The notes: generated by a model not told the origin, from the letters alone. 6,628 nt of DNA from Delftia acidovorans NBRC 14950 (GCF_001598795.1 NZ_BCZP01000055.1:1-6628); one strand, 5' to 3'. Shown: positions 1 to 5,890, numbered from the stretch's first letter. Numbers and translations: made by a program.

Positions 1-504
1 ATGCTGGATCACCGTGGCCAGCAGGTCCGCGCGCACCAGCTCGGCGAAGTCGCCATACAGCCAGGTCTTGGCCTCCTCGGTCGTGAACTCGTCCACCACC
101 TGCAGGGTGACCGTTGGCTTGACCGGGCGCACCACGCCCAGCAGCCGGTCGTTGCCGCGCACGTCCAGCGCACGCGGCGCCGCGCTGCCGTCGTTGGTGG
201 TCTGGTAGGTGCGCTCGGTGGCCTCGTCGTTGATCTGGCCCTTGACCAGAGACAGCTCCTGCACCCAGGAGCGGATGGGTGCGGCCGGGTTCTGCACCAC
301 GGCTCCGCTGGCATCTCGCGCGAAGCGGTGCAGCGTGCGGGTGCCGGCCAGGCATGCCGAGTGGCGCCGGTCGGTGGCCAGCGGCCAGAACTCGGAGCTG
401 GGCAGGAAGAGATTGAAGTGCTCCCGGGCGAAGTTCGCGCCCAGCGCGCGATCGGACACGCTGGGCGCCTCGCCCGGGAATGCGGACAGCTTGTAGGTGG
501 TCAT
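1..504 (-). CDS. hypothetical protein, N-terminal 168 codons; the 3' end runs off the left window edge. It is absent from the supplied ORF track because no stop codon lies in the window
   Basis: Hand translation of the minus strand from ATG at 504..502 gives MTTYKLSAFPGEAPSVSDRALGANFAREHFNLFLPSSEFWPLATDRRHSACLAGTRTLHRFARDASGAVVQNPAAPIRSWVQELSLVKGQINDEATERTYQTTNDGSAAPRALDVRGNDRLLGVVRPVKPTVTLQVVDEFTTEEAKTWLYGDFAELVRADLLATVIQH, with no stop down to base 1. An in-frame stop at 513..511 makes 504 the first possible ATG. Third codon positions are almost all G/C, as in neighbouring genes. The plus-strand ORF 1..564 is its R/G/H/L-rich antisense shadow. The Shine-Dalgarno sequence is weak (AGGG/CAGG upstream). 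No family recognised. Confidence 0.7.
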   Translation of the reverse strand, partial: MTTYKLSAFPGEAPSVSDRALGANFAREHFNLFLPSSEFWPLATDRRHSACLAGTRTLHRFARDASGAVVQNPAAPIRSWVQELSLVKGQINDEATERTYQTTNDGSAAPRALDVRGNDRLLGVVRPVKPTVTLQVVDEFTTEEAKTWLYGDFAELVRADLLATVIQH

Positions 505-535
505 GGCCTGCTACCCTGGCAGGCTTGGCACCATT

Positions 536-997
536 TCAAACCTCGACGGTCACCGCATGCGTGAAAAGCGCGTCAAGGTCTGCTGCAGAAAGGCTCAGTA
601 ATTCGCCCATCAGCACGATGGAGGGGCTGCGGCGCCTCCACTCAGTCGCCCTGGCAAATCCTATGCGGGTCGTATAGCGCAAGGCGTCATCTTCGATGGC
701 CTCAATGGTCGAATTGAGCGCATCTTCAGTGATGCCCCGCAGTACATAGAGAGCAACCAAGCCCTGGGCGGGCGTGCATGATTCGGGAACTACCGCCGGC
801 GGCGGCGGCTCCTCCGTGGCCTCGACCGCCGCGATCAGAAACTCGTACTCCGGCGCTTGCGCCCCCAGGTCGGAGCGCAACTCCTGCATTTGGGAATTGG
901 CATAAATGTGGCAACGTGCCACATTGCCCTCATCATCAACCCATGTCGCCTCAATTGCATGGGCGTTTTCGTAGCGAATAACGCTCTTTATTTTCAT
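536..997 (-). CDS. tail-fiber-associated accessory protein (possible fiber assembly chaperone), two domains joined by a Pro-rich linker
   Basis: 153 aa ORF whose ATG (997..995) overlaps the tail fiber stop TAA (999..997) as TAATG, implying translational coupling. Its position directly after the fiber gene is typical of fiber chaperones or accessory proteins. The C-terminal half (TPAQGLVALYVLRGITEDALNSTIEAIEDD...RIGFARATEWRRRSPSIVLMGELLSLSAADLDALF) resembles from memory small proteins encoded after tail fibers in proteobacterial phages; this is not verified. It uses A/T-ending codons, unlike the flanking genes. Confidence 0.8.
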   Translation of the reverse strand: MKIKSVIRYENAHAIEATWVDDEGNVARCHIYANSQMQELRSDLGAQAPEYEFLIAAVEATEEPPPPAVVPESCTPAQGLVALYVLRGITEDALNSTIEAIEDDALRYTTRIGFARATEWRRRSPSIVLMGELLSLSAADLDALFTHAVTVEV

Positions 998-2628
998 TAG
1001 ATTGCTGCGCCCTTAGTAATTGCAAAATTGATTTGCACCGCATGTGCTAAGGCAGACGATGAAATATTCTTCAAACATATATAAAATGACCCCTCGTTAT
1101 TAGCAACAGCCCAAGCATTATAAAAAGATGAATCAACTGTTCCGAAGCTATTGGTCAATGTCAGATTGACAACATCGAGGGGCCCCACCATGCTGTTATA
1201 TACCAAGAATACAGCCACGGTATTTGGCGACAACGCTTGGTTGTGCGTGGTAATCACTCCGGCAACTTTGTTGATAGCAACATTGGTAGATTTACTTGTT
1301 GGCTGGGTCACTGTGCCACCGGCACCAGGACCGTAACCAAATCCTCCATTACCAACGAGGACAGGACCACCATTAGGATTCAAGAACAGCCATTGATTCA
1401 ATGTGTAATCCGAATAGATTCGCGGCTGTATCCAAAAGGCCCCAGACTGATACACCCCAAAATCCAACGCAACACTTCCCCCTTGCAAGCGCATGATGGA
1501 ATTCGGGTCGGCACCACCGCCAGTAGTCTGCGGACCACCACCTACAAGAGCCGAATTGCTCACGACAAACTTGGACAGCGGCACAGACGTACCAACACCA
1601 ACATTACCGTTCGTTCGGATAATCATCCGCTCTGTACCGCTGGTGTAAAACGTCATCGGCAGGTACTGACCATTTCCCGTGACACCGGAGTTCAGGCGGA
1701 CCTCTTGGCCTCCCAGAATCACCAAATCGCCCACAGCCGAGTTACCTGGATCTGTGCCACCATGGGCGCGAAAGCCCGAGATTGTCCCTGTGCCTGTTGG
1801 AAGCGCCCCAACGATGGTCAAAGAATTGTTGATGTTCGACTGAAAGGCGAGGCGATCAGAGAGCACGTTGCTACTGAAATCAGCGGTCAGCCTCAAGCCA
1901 TTTCCGTAGAAATTCAGACTACCTCTCATGGTGTCGCCGGACTTCTTCAACATCGTGTCCAACGCATCTTGCAAGCCGGTGACGGAGGCTATCGCCTGCT
2001 CACCCGTGTGCGTGCTGCGGTCCCGCAGTTGGGCATCGGTCGCGTTCTTGGTGGCACCCGTCGCCACACCGCCGAGCTTTGCCGCAGCCTCGTCGCTGAA
2101 ATCGTTGGCGCTCAGGCCCTTGCCTGGCACCTTGTCGACCTTGCCCTGCAGATCCGCCGCCGTGGCCATGGGTTGGGCAAACGTGGGGTTCGGGTACTGG
2201 CCGGCCAGCACGCCACCGGCCGCGCCGGTCGGTGCACGCGGATTCGACATGCGCTCATCCGTGGTCTGCACCACCTCGCGCATACCCCCGGCCGTCATGC
2301 GCATCTCCAGCAGGTCGCCCGAGTTGTAGGCCCGGGGCGCCGTGCCCTCTTGGCCGCGCAGCACCGTGAGCCGGCATTCACCGATCACCGAGTTGTCCAC
2401 GGCCGTGACGCGCAGGATCTCGTAATCGGTTTCGAGCGATCCGTTGCGCTTGTAGGCCGTCAGCACGTACCAGCCGCCGGCGGGTGGATTCAGCAGCGTG
2501 CCGGCCGCGCCATCGGACACGCGCAGCACGCCGTAGTCCAGCTCGCTGCCCGGCGCGCCCGTCTGCGGCGCCGCGCGCACGTCGGCGATGAACTGGGTTT
2601 GGAAGTTGTTCAGGAACAGCTGCGGCAT
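997..2628 (-). CDS. phage tail fiber protein (543 aa), mosaic: conserved N-terminal anchor and shaft plus a low-GC C-terminal receptor-binding region
   Basis: The N-terminus contains the LRVTAVD...LTVLRGQEGT motif common in tail fiber anchor domains. Other fiber motifs are GKGLSANDFSDEAAAKLGG, NATDAQLRDRSTHTGEQAIASVTGLQDAL and KSGDTMRGSL. Gly/Asn/Thr-rich beta repeats follow, including TERMIIRTNGNVGVGTS and LFLNPNGGPVLVG. A terminal domain begins GTVTQPTSKSTNVAINK. An AAGGA Shine-Dalgarno sequence lies about 9 nt upstream of ATG 2628, and the upstream gene stops at 2633..2631. Confidence 0.93.
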   Translation of the reverse strand: MPQLFLNNFQTQFIADVRAAPQTGAPGSELDYGVLRVSDGAAGTLLNPPAGGWYVLTAYKRNGSLETDYEILRVTAVDNSVIGECRLTVLRGQEGTAPRAYNSGDLLEMRMTAGGMREVVQTTDERMSNPRAPTGAAGGVLAGQYPNPTFAQPMATAADLQGKVDKVPGKGLSANDFSDEAAAKLGGVATGATKNATDAQLRDRSTHTGEQAIASVTGLQDALDTMLKKSGDTMRGSLNFYGNGLRLTADFSSNVLSDRLAFQSNINNSLTIVGALPTGTGTISGFRAHGGTDPGNSAVGDLVILGGQEVRLNSGVTGNGQYLPMTFYTSGTERMIIRTNGNVGVGTSVPLSKFVVSNSALVGGGPQTTGGGADPNSIMRLQGGSVALDFGVYQSGAFWIQPRIYSDYTLNQWLFLNPNGGPVLVGNGGFGYGPGAGGTVTQPTSKSTNVAINKVAGVITTHNQALSPNTVAVFLVYNSMVGPLDVVNLTLTNSFGTVDSSFYNAWAVANNEGSFYICLKNISSSALAHAVQINFAITKGAAI

Positions 2629-2630
2629 TT

Positions 2631-3677
2631 CTATTTTTCCTTGATGGGCACGATCAGCTCCACCTCTTTCGTGCGGCCGTCGTTGGTCGTTGCGGCCACG
2701 CTGATCTGGTACTTCTGGCCGCTCAGGCCGCCCGCGTAGATCCAGACCTTCACGCGCTGGCCCACGAAGGCAAAGGACGGCGGCATGGGCATGGCCGGCT
2801 GCACCTTGAGCTGCACGGAAACTATCTCGTCGCCTGGCGGAAACCAGTCGGCGAACTCGATGTCGTAGTCCTGCGTGTCTGCAGGCTGCATGGGGGAAGT
2901 GCGGAACATGCTTTGCCCCTGGTCTGTGACGTAGAAGGTGGTCATTCCTGCGGGCACGAGGAAGGTGCGGGATTCGGGTGCCTGCTCATCGAAGGGCAGG
3001 CGCTTGTGGACGGCCGGATCGATGTCGATGAAGGCCACGCCCTGGGCCTGCAGCGGCGCGCGCACCAGGCGCTGCCCACGGGCCGTGATCGCAGCCTTGG
3101 CGTGGACCAGCGCGGCCAGACGCGCCTCGACCCGCCCCTGCGTGACGACAAAGGCCTGGCCCTTGCCGTCCACGGGCGAACGCAGCCAGCGGCGCACGTA
3201 GATGCGGCCATCGGCTGTGCCACGGGCGGTGGGCGTGGATTGCACAGGGCCACGGCGCAGCAAACGCGCCTGGGGCTTGAAGCTGGCACGCGCGGTCGCG
3301 TCCACGCCAACGCGGGCCTGCACATGGGCCGTGACCGTGGCGCTGGCCCGGGCCTGGACTGCCACACGCCCGCGCACGGGAGGCAGCGTGACCTGGACGA
3401 TGGCGCGGCCGGTGGCTGCCAGCAGGCTGCGCACATGGACCCGGCCCAGCACGCCCTCGACAGCTGCGCGCGCCACGGAATCGGCCGAGAGCTTGGCATG
3501 CACGCGGCCCAGCGGGCCGGTGAGCGCAGCAGCGGGGGCCGAGTGCACCACGGCATAGGCGAGCACGCGCCCGCCCACGCGGACGCGGGCATAGCCCTTG
3601 GCGTCCACGCGGATGCGCACCACGGGATCGGAGGCCCGCCCGTTCAGCGCGAAGCCATTGAGTGCTCCCCTGTTCAT
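2631..3677 (-). CDS. virion/tail protein: basic Arg/Ala/Val-rich repeat region (aa ~14-215) fused to a C-terminal fiber-tail-adaptor-like beta domain (aa ~257-348)
   Basis: 348 aa ORF with very high GC3 across its whole length, which supports this frame as coding. The ATG at 3677 lies 3 nt after the upstream stop (TAA 3683..3681). The C-terminal segment MFRTSPMQPADTQDYDIEFADWFPPGDEIVSV...RVKVWIYAGGLSGQKYQISVAATTNDGRTKEVELIVPIKE matches my recollection of small (~100-130 aa) phage fiber-tail adaptor / Ig-like proteins (DYxIDFxxWLxxGDxI ... VWxSGGxxGxxYxV ... GRxxE). The N-terminus starts with a duplicated ALNGFALNG. The exact start is uncertain because an internal ATG at 2909 is preceded by CAGGGGCAAAGC. 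Confidence 0.75.
   Translation of the reverse strand: MNRGALNGFALNGRASDPVVRIRVDAKGYARVRVGGRVLAYAVVHSAPAAALTGPLGRVHAKLSADSVARAAVEGVLGRVHVRSLLAATGRAIVQVTLPPVRGRVAVQARASATVTAHVQARVGVDATARASFKPQARLLRRGPVQSTPTARGTADGRIYVRRWLRSPVDGKGQAFVVTQGRVEARLAALVHAKAAITARGQRLVRAPLQAQGVAFIDIDPAVHKRLPFDEQAPESRTFLVPAGMTTFYVTDQGQSMFRTSPMQPADTQDYDIEFADWFPPGDEIVSVQLKVQPAMPMPPSFAFVGQRVKVWIYAGGLSGQKYQISVAATTNDGRTKEVELIVPIKEK
3033..3641 (-). repeat. degenerate tandem coding repeat, about 21 codons (about 63 nt) per unit, roughly 9-10 units, inside the 348 aa ORF
   Basis: Repeat heads GR[VI] or a G-start occur at residues 36, 57, 78, 103, (124), (143), 157, 181 and 201: GRVLAY, GRVHAK, GRVHVR, GRVAVQ, GVDATA, GPVQST, GRIYVR, GRVEAR, GQRLVR. 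Spacings are 21, 21, 25, 21, 19, 14, 24 and 20 residues. Hydrophobic and polar residues alternate, suggesting beta strands. The repeat is degenerate at protein level and not an exact DNA repeat. Confidence 0.5.
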
Positions 3678-3680
3678 GGC

Positions 3681-4097
3681 TTACAGCAGCTGCAGCGTGA
3701 AGTCGCCCGTCAGTGCCTGGCTGTCCACCAGGAACACGTCATTGATCTGCAGCGTGCGCGGCGTGGGCAGCGGCTCGGAATACATGAGAGTGGCCGTGCC
3801 ATCGGTGGCCGAGTCACCTTCCATGATTCCGATGTGCGTGACCGTGACCTGGGCGCCCGTGACGGGCGGAAACTCCGCGCGCACGGCGTTGTAGGTGGCG
3901 CCGTTGTTCGGCGCGGCAAAGGCGCCCGTGGCCACGCGCTGGTACCACGGTGCTGCCACCTCGGTGCCGGCGGTGAAGGCGTCGGTGGGGTCCGCCGTGA
4001 ACAAGGCGAAGAAAGTGTTGCGGATGGCCGGGAAGGCCTGCTTGCGCAGCGTGGCGCTGATGATCGCGTTGGCGAGGGAGGTCGAGAAACCAGCCAT
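3681..4097 (-). CDS. conserved phage virion (tail/fiber-proximal) protein, 138 aa
   Basis: I chose ATG 4097 rather than the track start at 4529. TAGGAGCCGAT-ATG gives a consensus AGGAG Shine-Dalgarno sequence with a 5 nt spacer. The upstream part of the 282 aa track ORF is R/P/W-rich, overlaps the 210 aa gene in another frame, and has lower GC3 in the 4098..4188 spacer. The protein MAGFSTSLANAIISATLRKQAFPAIRNTFFALFTADPTDAFTAGTEV...VTVTHIGIMEGDS...DFTLQLL resembles, from memory, a family of small phage proteins (xLFTAxPxDxGxGxEV ... VTHxGIFDA...) usually encoded next to tail fibers. Confidence 0.85.
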   Translation of the reverse strand: MAGFSTSLANAIISATLRKQAFPAIRNTFFALFTADPTDAFTAGTEVAAPWYQRVATGAFAAPNNGATYNAVRAEFPPVTGAQVTVTHIGIMEGDSATDGTATLMYSEPLPTPRTLQINDVFLVDSQALTGDFTLQLL

Positions 4098-4188
4098 ATC
4101 GGCTCCTATGGTTCCGAGCACTCCAGCGCCCCAGTGGAAATTGCCCGCAGTATAGGCAGGCTTGGTCACCACCGGGGATTTCTTGCGC

Positions 4189-4821
4189 TTACTTCTGCGC
4201 CACGGCCGTCGTTGCTGCTGCCTGGGCCTGAATGCCCAGCGCCTCGTTGTAGAGGGCACGGTGCGCCGCCGCGATGGTCGCGTTGCCGCCGAACTCGGCG
4301 TCGATGGACCAGGCACGGAACAGCACGAAGTGCCGCAGCGCATCCATCCAGCGCTCGGGCACGCTGGGCGTTCCGCTCTCGTCGGCCAGGTCCACAGCCG
4401 CGACACCCACCATGGCGCGCACCTTGGTGCCTGCTGCCACGGGCGGATAGACCAGGAATTCCTGGGGCGTGCCCAGATCGTGCATGTAGTGCTGCACCTC
4501 GCGGCCCGGAGAGCCCGAGCGCCAGGCACCGGCCACGGCGTCCAGCACCCACAGGTCGGTCTTGGTGATGCGCCGCTGCGTGGCGTTGGCGTTGTTGGTG
4601 ATGTCGATCAGCGTGAGCACGTCGGCCGGCAGCTCCTGCCGCCACCCGGCGGCCAGCACCAGGTCGCGCGGCTGGGCCATCTGGTCGGGCCGCTGCTCGG
4701 CAAAGGCACGCTGCGCGGCGTTGAACCAGTCCAGCAGATCCGCGCGGGTCCAGCGGATGTGCCCCTTGTCCTGCAGGTCGCGCGCTGCATCGTCCAGCAG
4801 TTGGGCCACGGTCAAAGCCAT
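4189..4821 (-). CDS. phage virion protein, neck/adaptor-like family, 210 aa
   Basis: I chose ATG 4821 rather than 4863. GGGGGAGGGCGTC-ATG gives a GGAGG Shine-Dalgarno sequence with a 5 nt spacer, and the start overlaps the upstream stop (ATGGCTTTGA, stop at 4814..4812). The sequence MALTVAQLLDDAARDLQDKGHIRWTRADLLDWFNAAQRAF...EFLVYPPVAAGTKV...LRHFVLFRAWSIDAEFGGN...AHRALYNEALG fits a widespread phage structural family as I remember it (RWxxxELxxWxN ... FxVYPP ... YxLxRAYxKDAE). The function within the virion is not verified. Confidence 0.85.
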   Translation of the reverse strand: MALTVAQLLDDAARDLQDKGHIRWTRADLLDWFNAAQRAFAEQRPDQMAQPRDLVLAAGWRQELPADVLTLIDITNNANATQRRITKTDLWVLDAVAGAWRSGSPGREVQHYMHDLGTPQEFLVYPPVAAGTKVRAMVGVAAVDLADESGTPSVPERWMDALRHFVLFRAWSIDAEFGGNATIAAAHRALYNEALGIQAQAAATTAVAQK

Positions 4822-5429
4822 GACGCCCTCCCCCGCGAGCCGCGGCTGGTGTTGGACCGCCACACGTCGGCCGTGGCGTCATCCATGGCGCGCTGGAAGA
4901 ACGCCAGGGCCACGCCGGCCTGGTCGGGCTTGTAGTAGTCCGTGCCCTCAGTGGCCAGCAGCTCGGCCTTGGCGCCCTCGCGGATCGCCTCGTGGTAGAG
5001 CGAGGCCACCTCGTCCGGTACGCTGTTGCCGCGCAGGGACGGCATCAACGAGGCGTAGACCTGCAGCCGGCCCGCGCTGCCCGTGCGTACTGTGAATTCG
5101 CGCAGGTTGGTCGTGACCAGGTAGAGCTTGCCGCGCAGCTCGTGCTGCCAGGGGTCGGCCGGCAGATCGCGCGCCTTGGCCACCTCCAGCGGGCGCCCGG
5201 CCAGCGTGGCGCGCTCCAGGCGCAGCAGCTCGGCGCCCTGGGGCAGCTCGAAGGTGTACTCGGCGAAGGCCTCGCCCGTCACGTCCGTGGGCTCCAGCCA
5301 CTCCTGCCAGGCGCGCGTGGCCTTGAGGAAGGTGCGCGCGGCCCGGTTCAGCGCCAGGTGAATGAGCGGGACCGGCGCCTTGGGGGCGGCCAGGACCAGC
5401 TCGGGCATCCAGTTCTCCCAGGAGGCCAT
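4812..5429 (-). CDS. phage virion protein, head-completion/adaptor-like, 205 aa
   Basis: High-GC3 ORF starting at ATG 5429, 9 nt after the upstream TAA (5441..5439), with AAGG/CAGG upstream. The motifs PLIHLALNRAARTFLKATRAWQEWL ... LQVYASLMPS ... VPDEVASLYHEAIREGAKAELL resemble a common phage structural family found between capsid and tail genes. This is recalled from memory and unverified. Confidence 0.85.
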   Translation of the reverse strand: MASWENWMPELVLAAPKAPVPLIHLALNRAARTFLKATRAWQEWLEPTDVTGEAFAEYTFELPQGAELLRLERATLAGRPLEVAKARDLPADPWQHELRGKLYLVTTNLREFTVRTGSAGRLQVYASLMPSLRGNSVPDEVASLYHEAIREGAKAELLATEGTDYYKPDQAGVALAFFQRAMDDATADVWRSNTSRGSRGRASWL

Positions 5430-5438
5430 ACGCCTGCC

Positions 5439-5822
5439 TTACTTCACGGCCGATGCACGCGCGGTACGGCGCACAGCGCCGGTAGCCGGCGTGTCGGCTT
5501 CCTGCGGCAGTCCGGTGCCGCCGTCCAGGTCTTCGTCGTCATCGCGCTGGCCCACGCCGGGCGTGAAGGTGTTGCGCGAGGAAGGCGTCTTGCCGTCCAG
5601 GGCCGCGCGGCGGGCTTCGCGCTCGGCGGACAGGCGCTGGAATTTCTGCTCGGCCTCGAAGTCCTCTTCGGTCTGGAAGTTGCCAGCACGCAGGTGTTCG
5701 GCATCGGCCTCGTTCTCGACCTCGCAGGCCAGCGGCTTGCCCTCGAAAACATAGGTGGCGCCCTTGAGGCGCACGATCAGGGTTCCGTCCTTGCGTGCGG
5801 GCAGCGAAGTGAACAGCTTCAT
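5439..5822 (-). CDS. hypothetical small acidic phage protein, 127 aa
   Basis: GGAG Shine-Dalgarno sequence (5835..5832) 9 nt upstream of ATG 5822, with high GC3. The N-terminal ~45 aa look like a small beta domain (MKLFTSLPARKDGTLIVRLKGATYVFEGKPLACEVENEADAEHL). The remainder is charged and low-complexity (EEDFEAEQKFQRLSAEREARRAALDG...QRDDDEDLDGG). No family confidently recognised. Confidence 0.8.
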   Translation of the reverse strand: MKLFTSLPARKDGTLIVRLKGATYVFEGKPLACEVENEADAEHLRAGNFQTEEDFEAEQKFQRLSAEREARRAALDGKTPSSRNTFTPGVGQRDDDEDLDGGTGLPQEADTPATGAVRRTARASAVK

Positions 5823-5842
5823 GGTTTGGTTCTCCGGGGTTC

Positions 5843-5872
5843 AAAAAGCCCCGGCAGCCGATGCCACCGGGG
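5843..5872 (-). terminator. putative intrinsic (rho-independent) terminator between the capsid/decoration genes and downstream virion genes
   Basis: The minus strand reads CCCCGGTGGC-ATCG-GCTGCCGGGG followed by C TTTTT. This gives a 10 bp stem (8 Watson-Crick pairs, 6 of them terminal G:C, plus 2 G:U) with a tetraloop, spanning 5872..5849, and a T5 tract at 5847..5843. A T-run is unusual in this GC-rich context. It lies 31 nt after the stop of the 149 aa gene and 21 nt before the next ATG. Confidence 0.5.
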
Positions 5873-5876
5873 GAAA

Positions 5877-5890
5877 GCCCCTTGCGGGGC
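5877..5890 (-). promoter_or_regulatory. small GC hairpin with GNRA tetraloop immediately upstream of the terminator
   Basis: The minus strand reads GCCCC-GCAA-GGGGC followed by TTTCCCCC. Its 3' arm GGGG can alternatively pair with the following CCCC, which is the 5' arm of the terminator stem. Confidence 0.3.

Noticed and set aside
517-532. TGGCA-GGCT-TGGCA direct repeat resembling a sigma-54 -24/-12 element
   Set aside because: The spacing and the -12 element (TTGC) do not fit. It is on the plus strand, where no gene follows, and it lies in the 31 nt gap between two minus-strand genes.
1-564. Plus-strand 187 aa ORF at the left edge
   Set aside because: The R/G/H/L/Q-rich composition is typical of an antisense shadow in GC-rich DNA. 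The opposite strand carries a frame with a proper start, near-uniform G/C third positions and realistic composition.
1-1000. Invertible fiber-tip segment (Mu G / P1 C type) downstream of the fiber
   Set aside because: That arrangement needs oppositely oriented alternative tip and chaperone ORFs, flanking inverted repeats and an invertase. All credible ORFs here are on the same strand, and I saw no such repeats.
1021-1037. Hairpin TGCAAA-ATTGA-TTTGCA near the end of the fiber gene
   Set aside because: It is a short AT-rich stem inside the coding sequence with no T-tract, probably coincidental.
997-1150. Diversity-generating retroelement variable region at the 3' end of the tail fiber
   Set aside because: No second copy (template repeat) of this AT-rich segment occurs anywhere in the window. 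There is no reverse transcriptase or avd-like ORF downstream, no non-coding space to hold a template repeat, and the C-terminus does not look like a C-type-lectin variable region. A DGR elsewhere in the genome cannot be excluded.
1237-2739. Plus-strand 500 aa ORF antisense to the tail fiber
   Set aside because: It spans the fiber gene and the boundary with the upstream gene, is R/H/T-rich with low complexity, and the minus frame has unmistakable tail fiber motifs.
2942-3592. Alternative minus-strand 216 aa frame inside the 348 aa gene; likewise 4166..4882, 4948..5301 and 5539..5898
   Set aside because: The translations are Pro/Arg/Cys/Trp-rich and implausible. The competing frames show the high-GC3 signature and recognisable motifs.
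4098-4529. Long N-terminal extension of the 138 aa gene (track ORF 3681..4529, 282 aa)
   Set aside because: The extension overlaps the 210 aa gene in another frame, is R/P/W-rich, and has reduced GC3 in the spacer. A consensus AGGAG precedes the ATG at 4097.
2913-4568. Plus-strand 551 aa ORF, plus the other long plus-strand ORFs 4162..4935, 4992..5918 and 5861..6256
   Set aside because: Each crosses several minus-strand gene boundaries and has Arg/Gly/His/Pro-dominated sequence. There are no convincing ribosome binding sites. All are consistent with shadow ORFs of the minus-strand operon.
4822-4863. Upstream start at 4863 for the 224 aa version of the neck-like gene
   Set aside because: ATG 4821 has a GGAGG Shine-Dalgarno sequence at ideal spacing and the usual short overlap with the preceding stop. 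The extra 14 residues (MAVQHQPRLAGEGV) would lie wholly inside the upstream gene.
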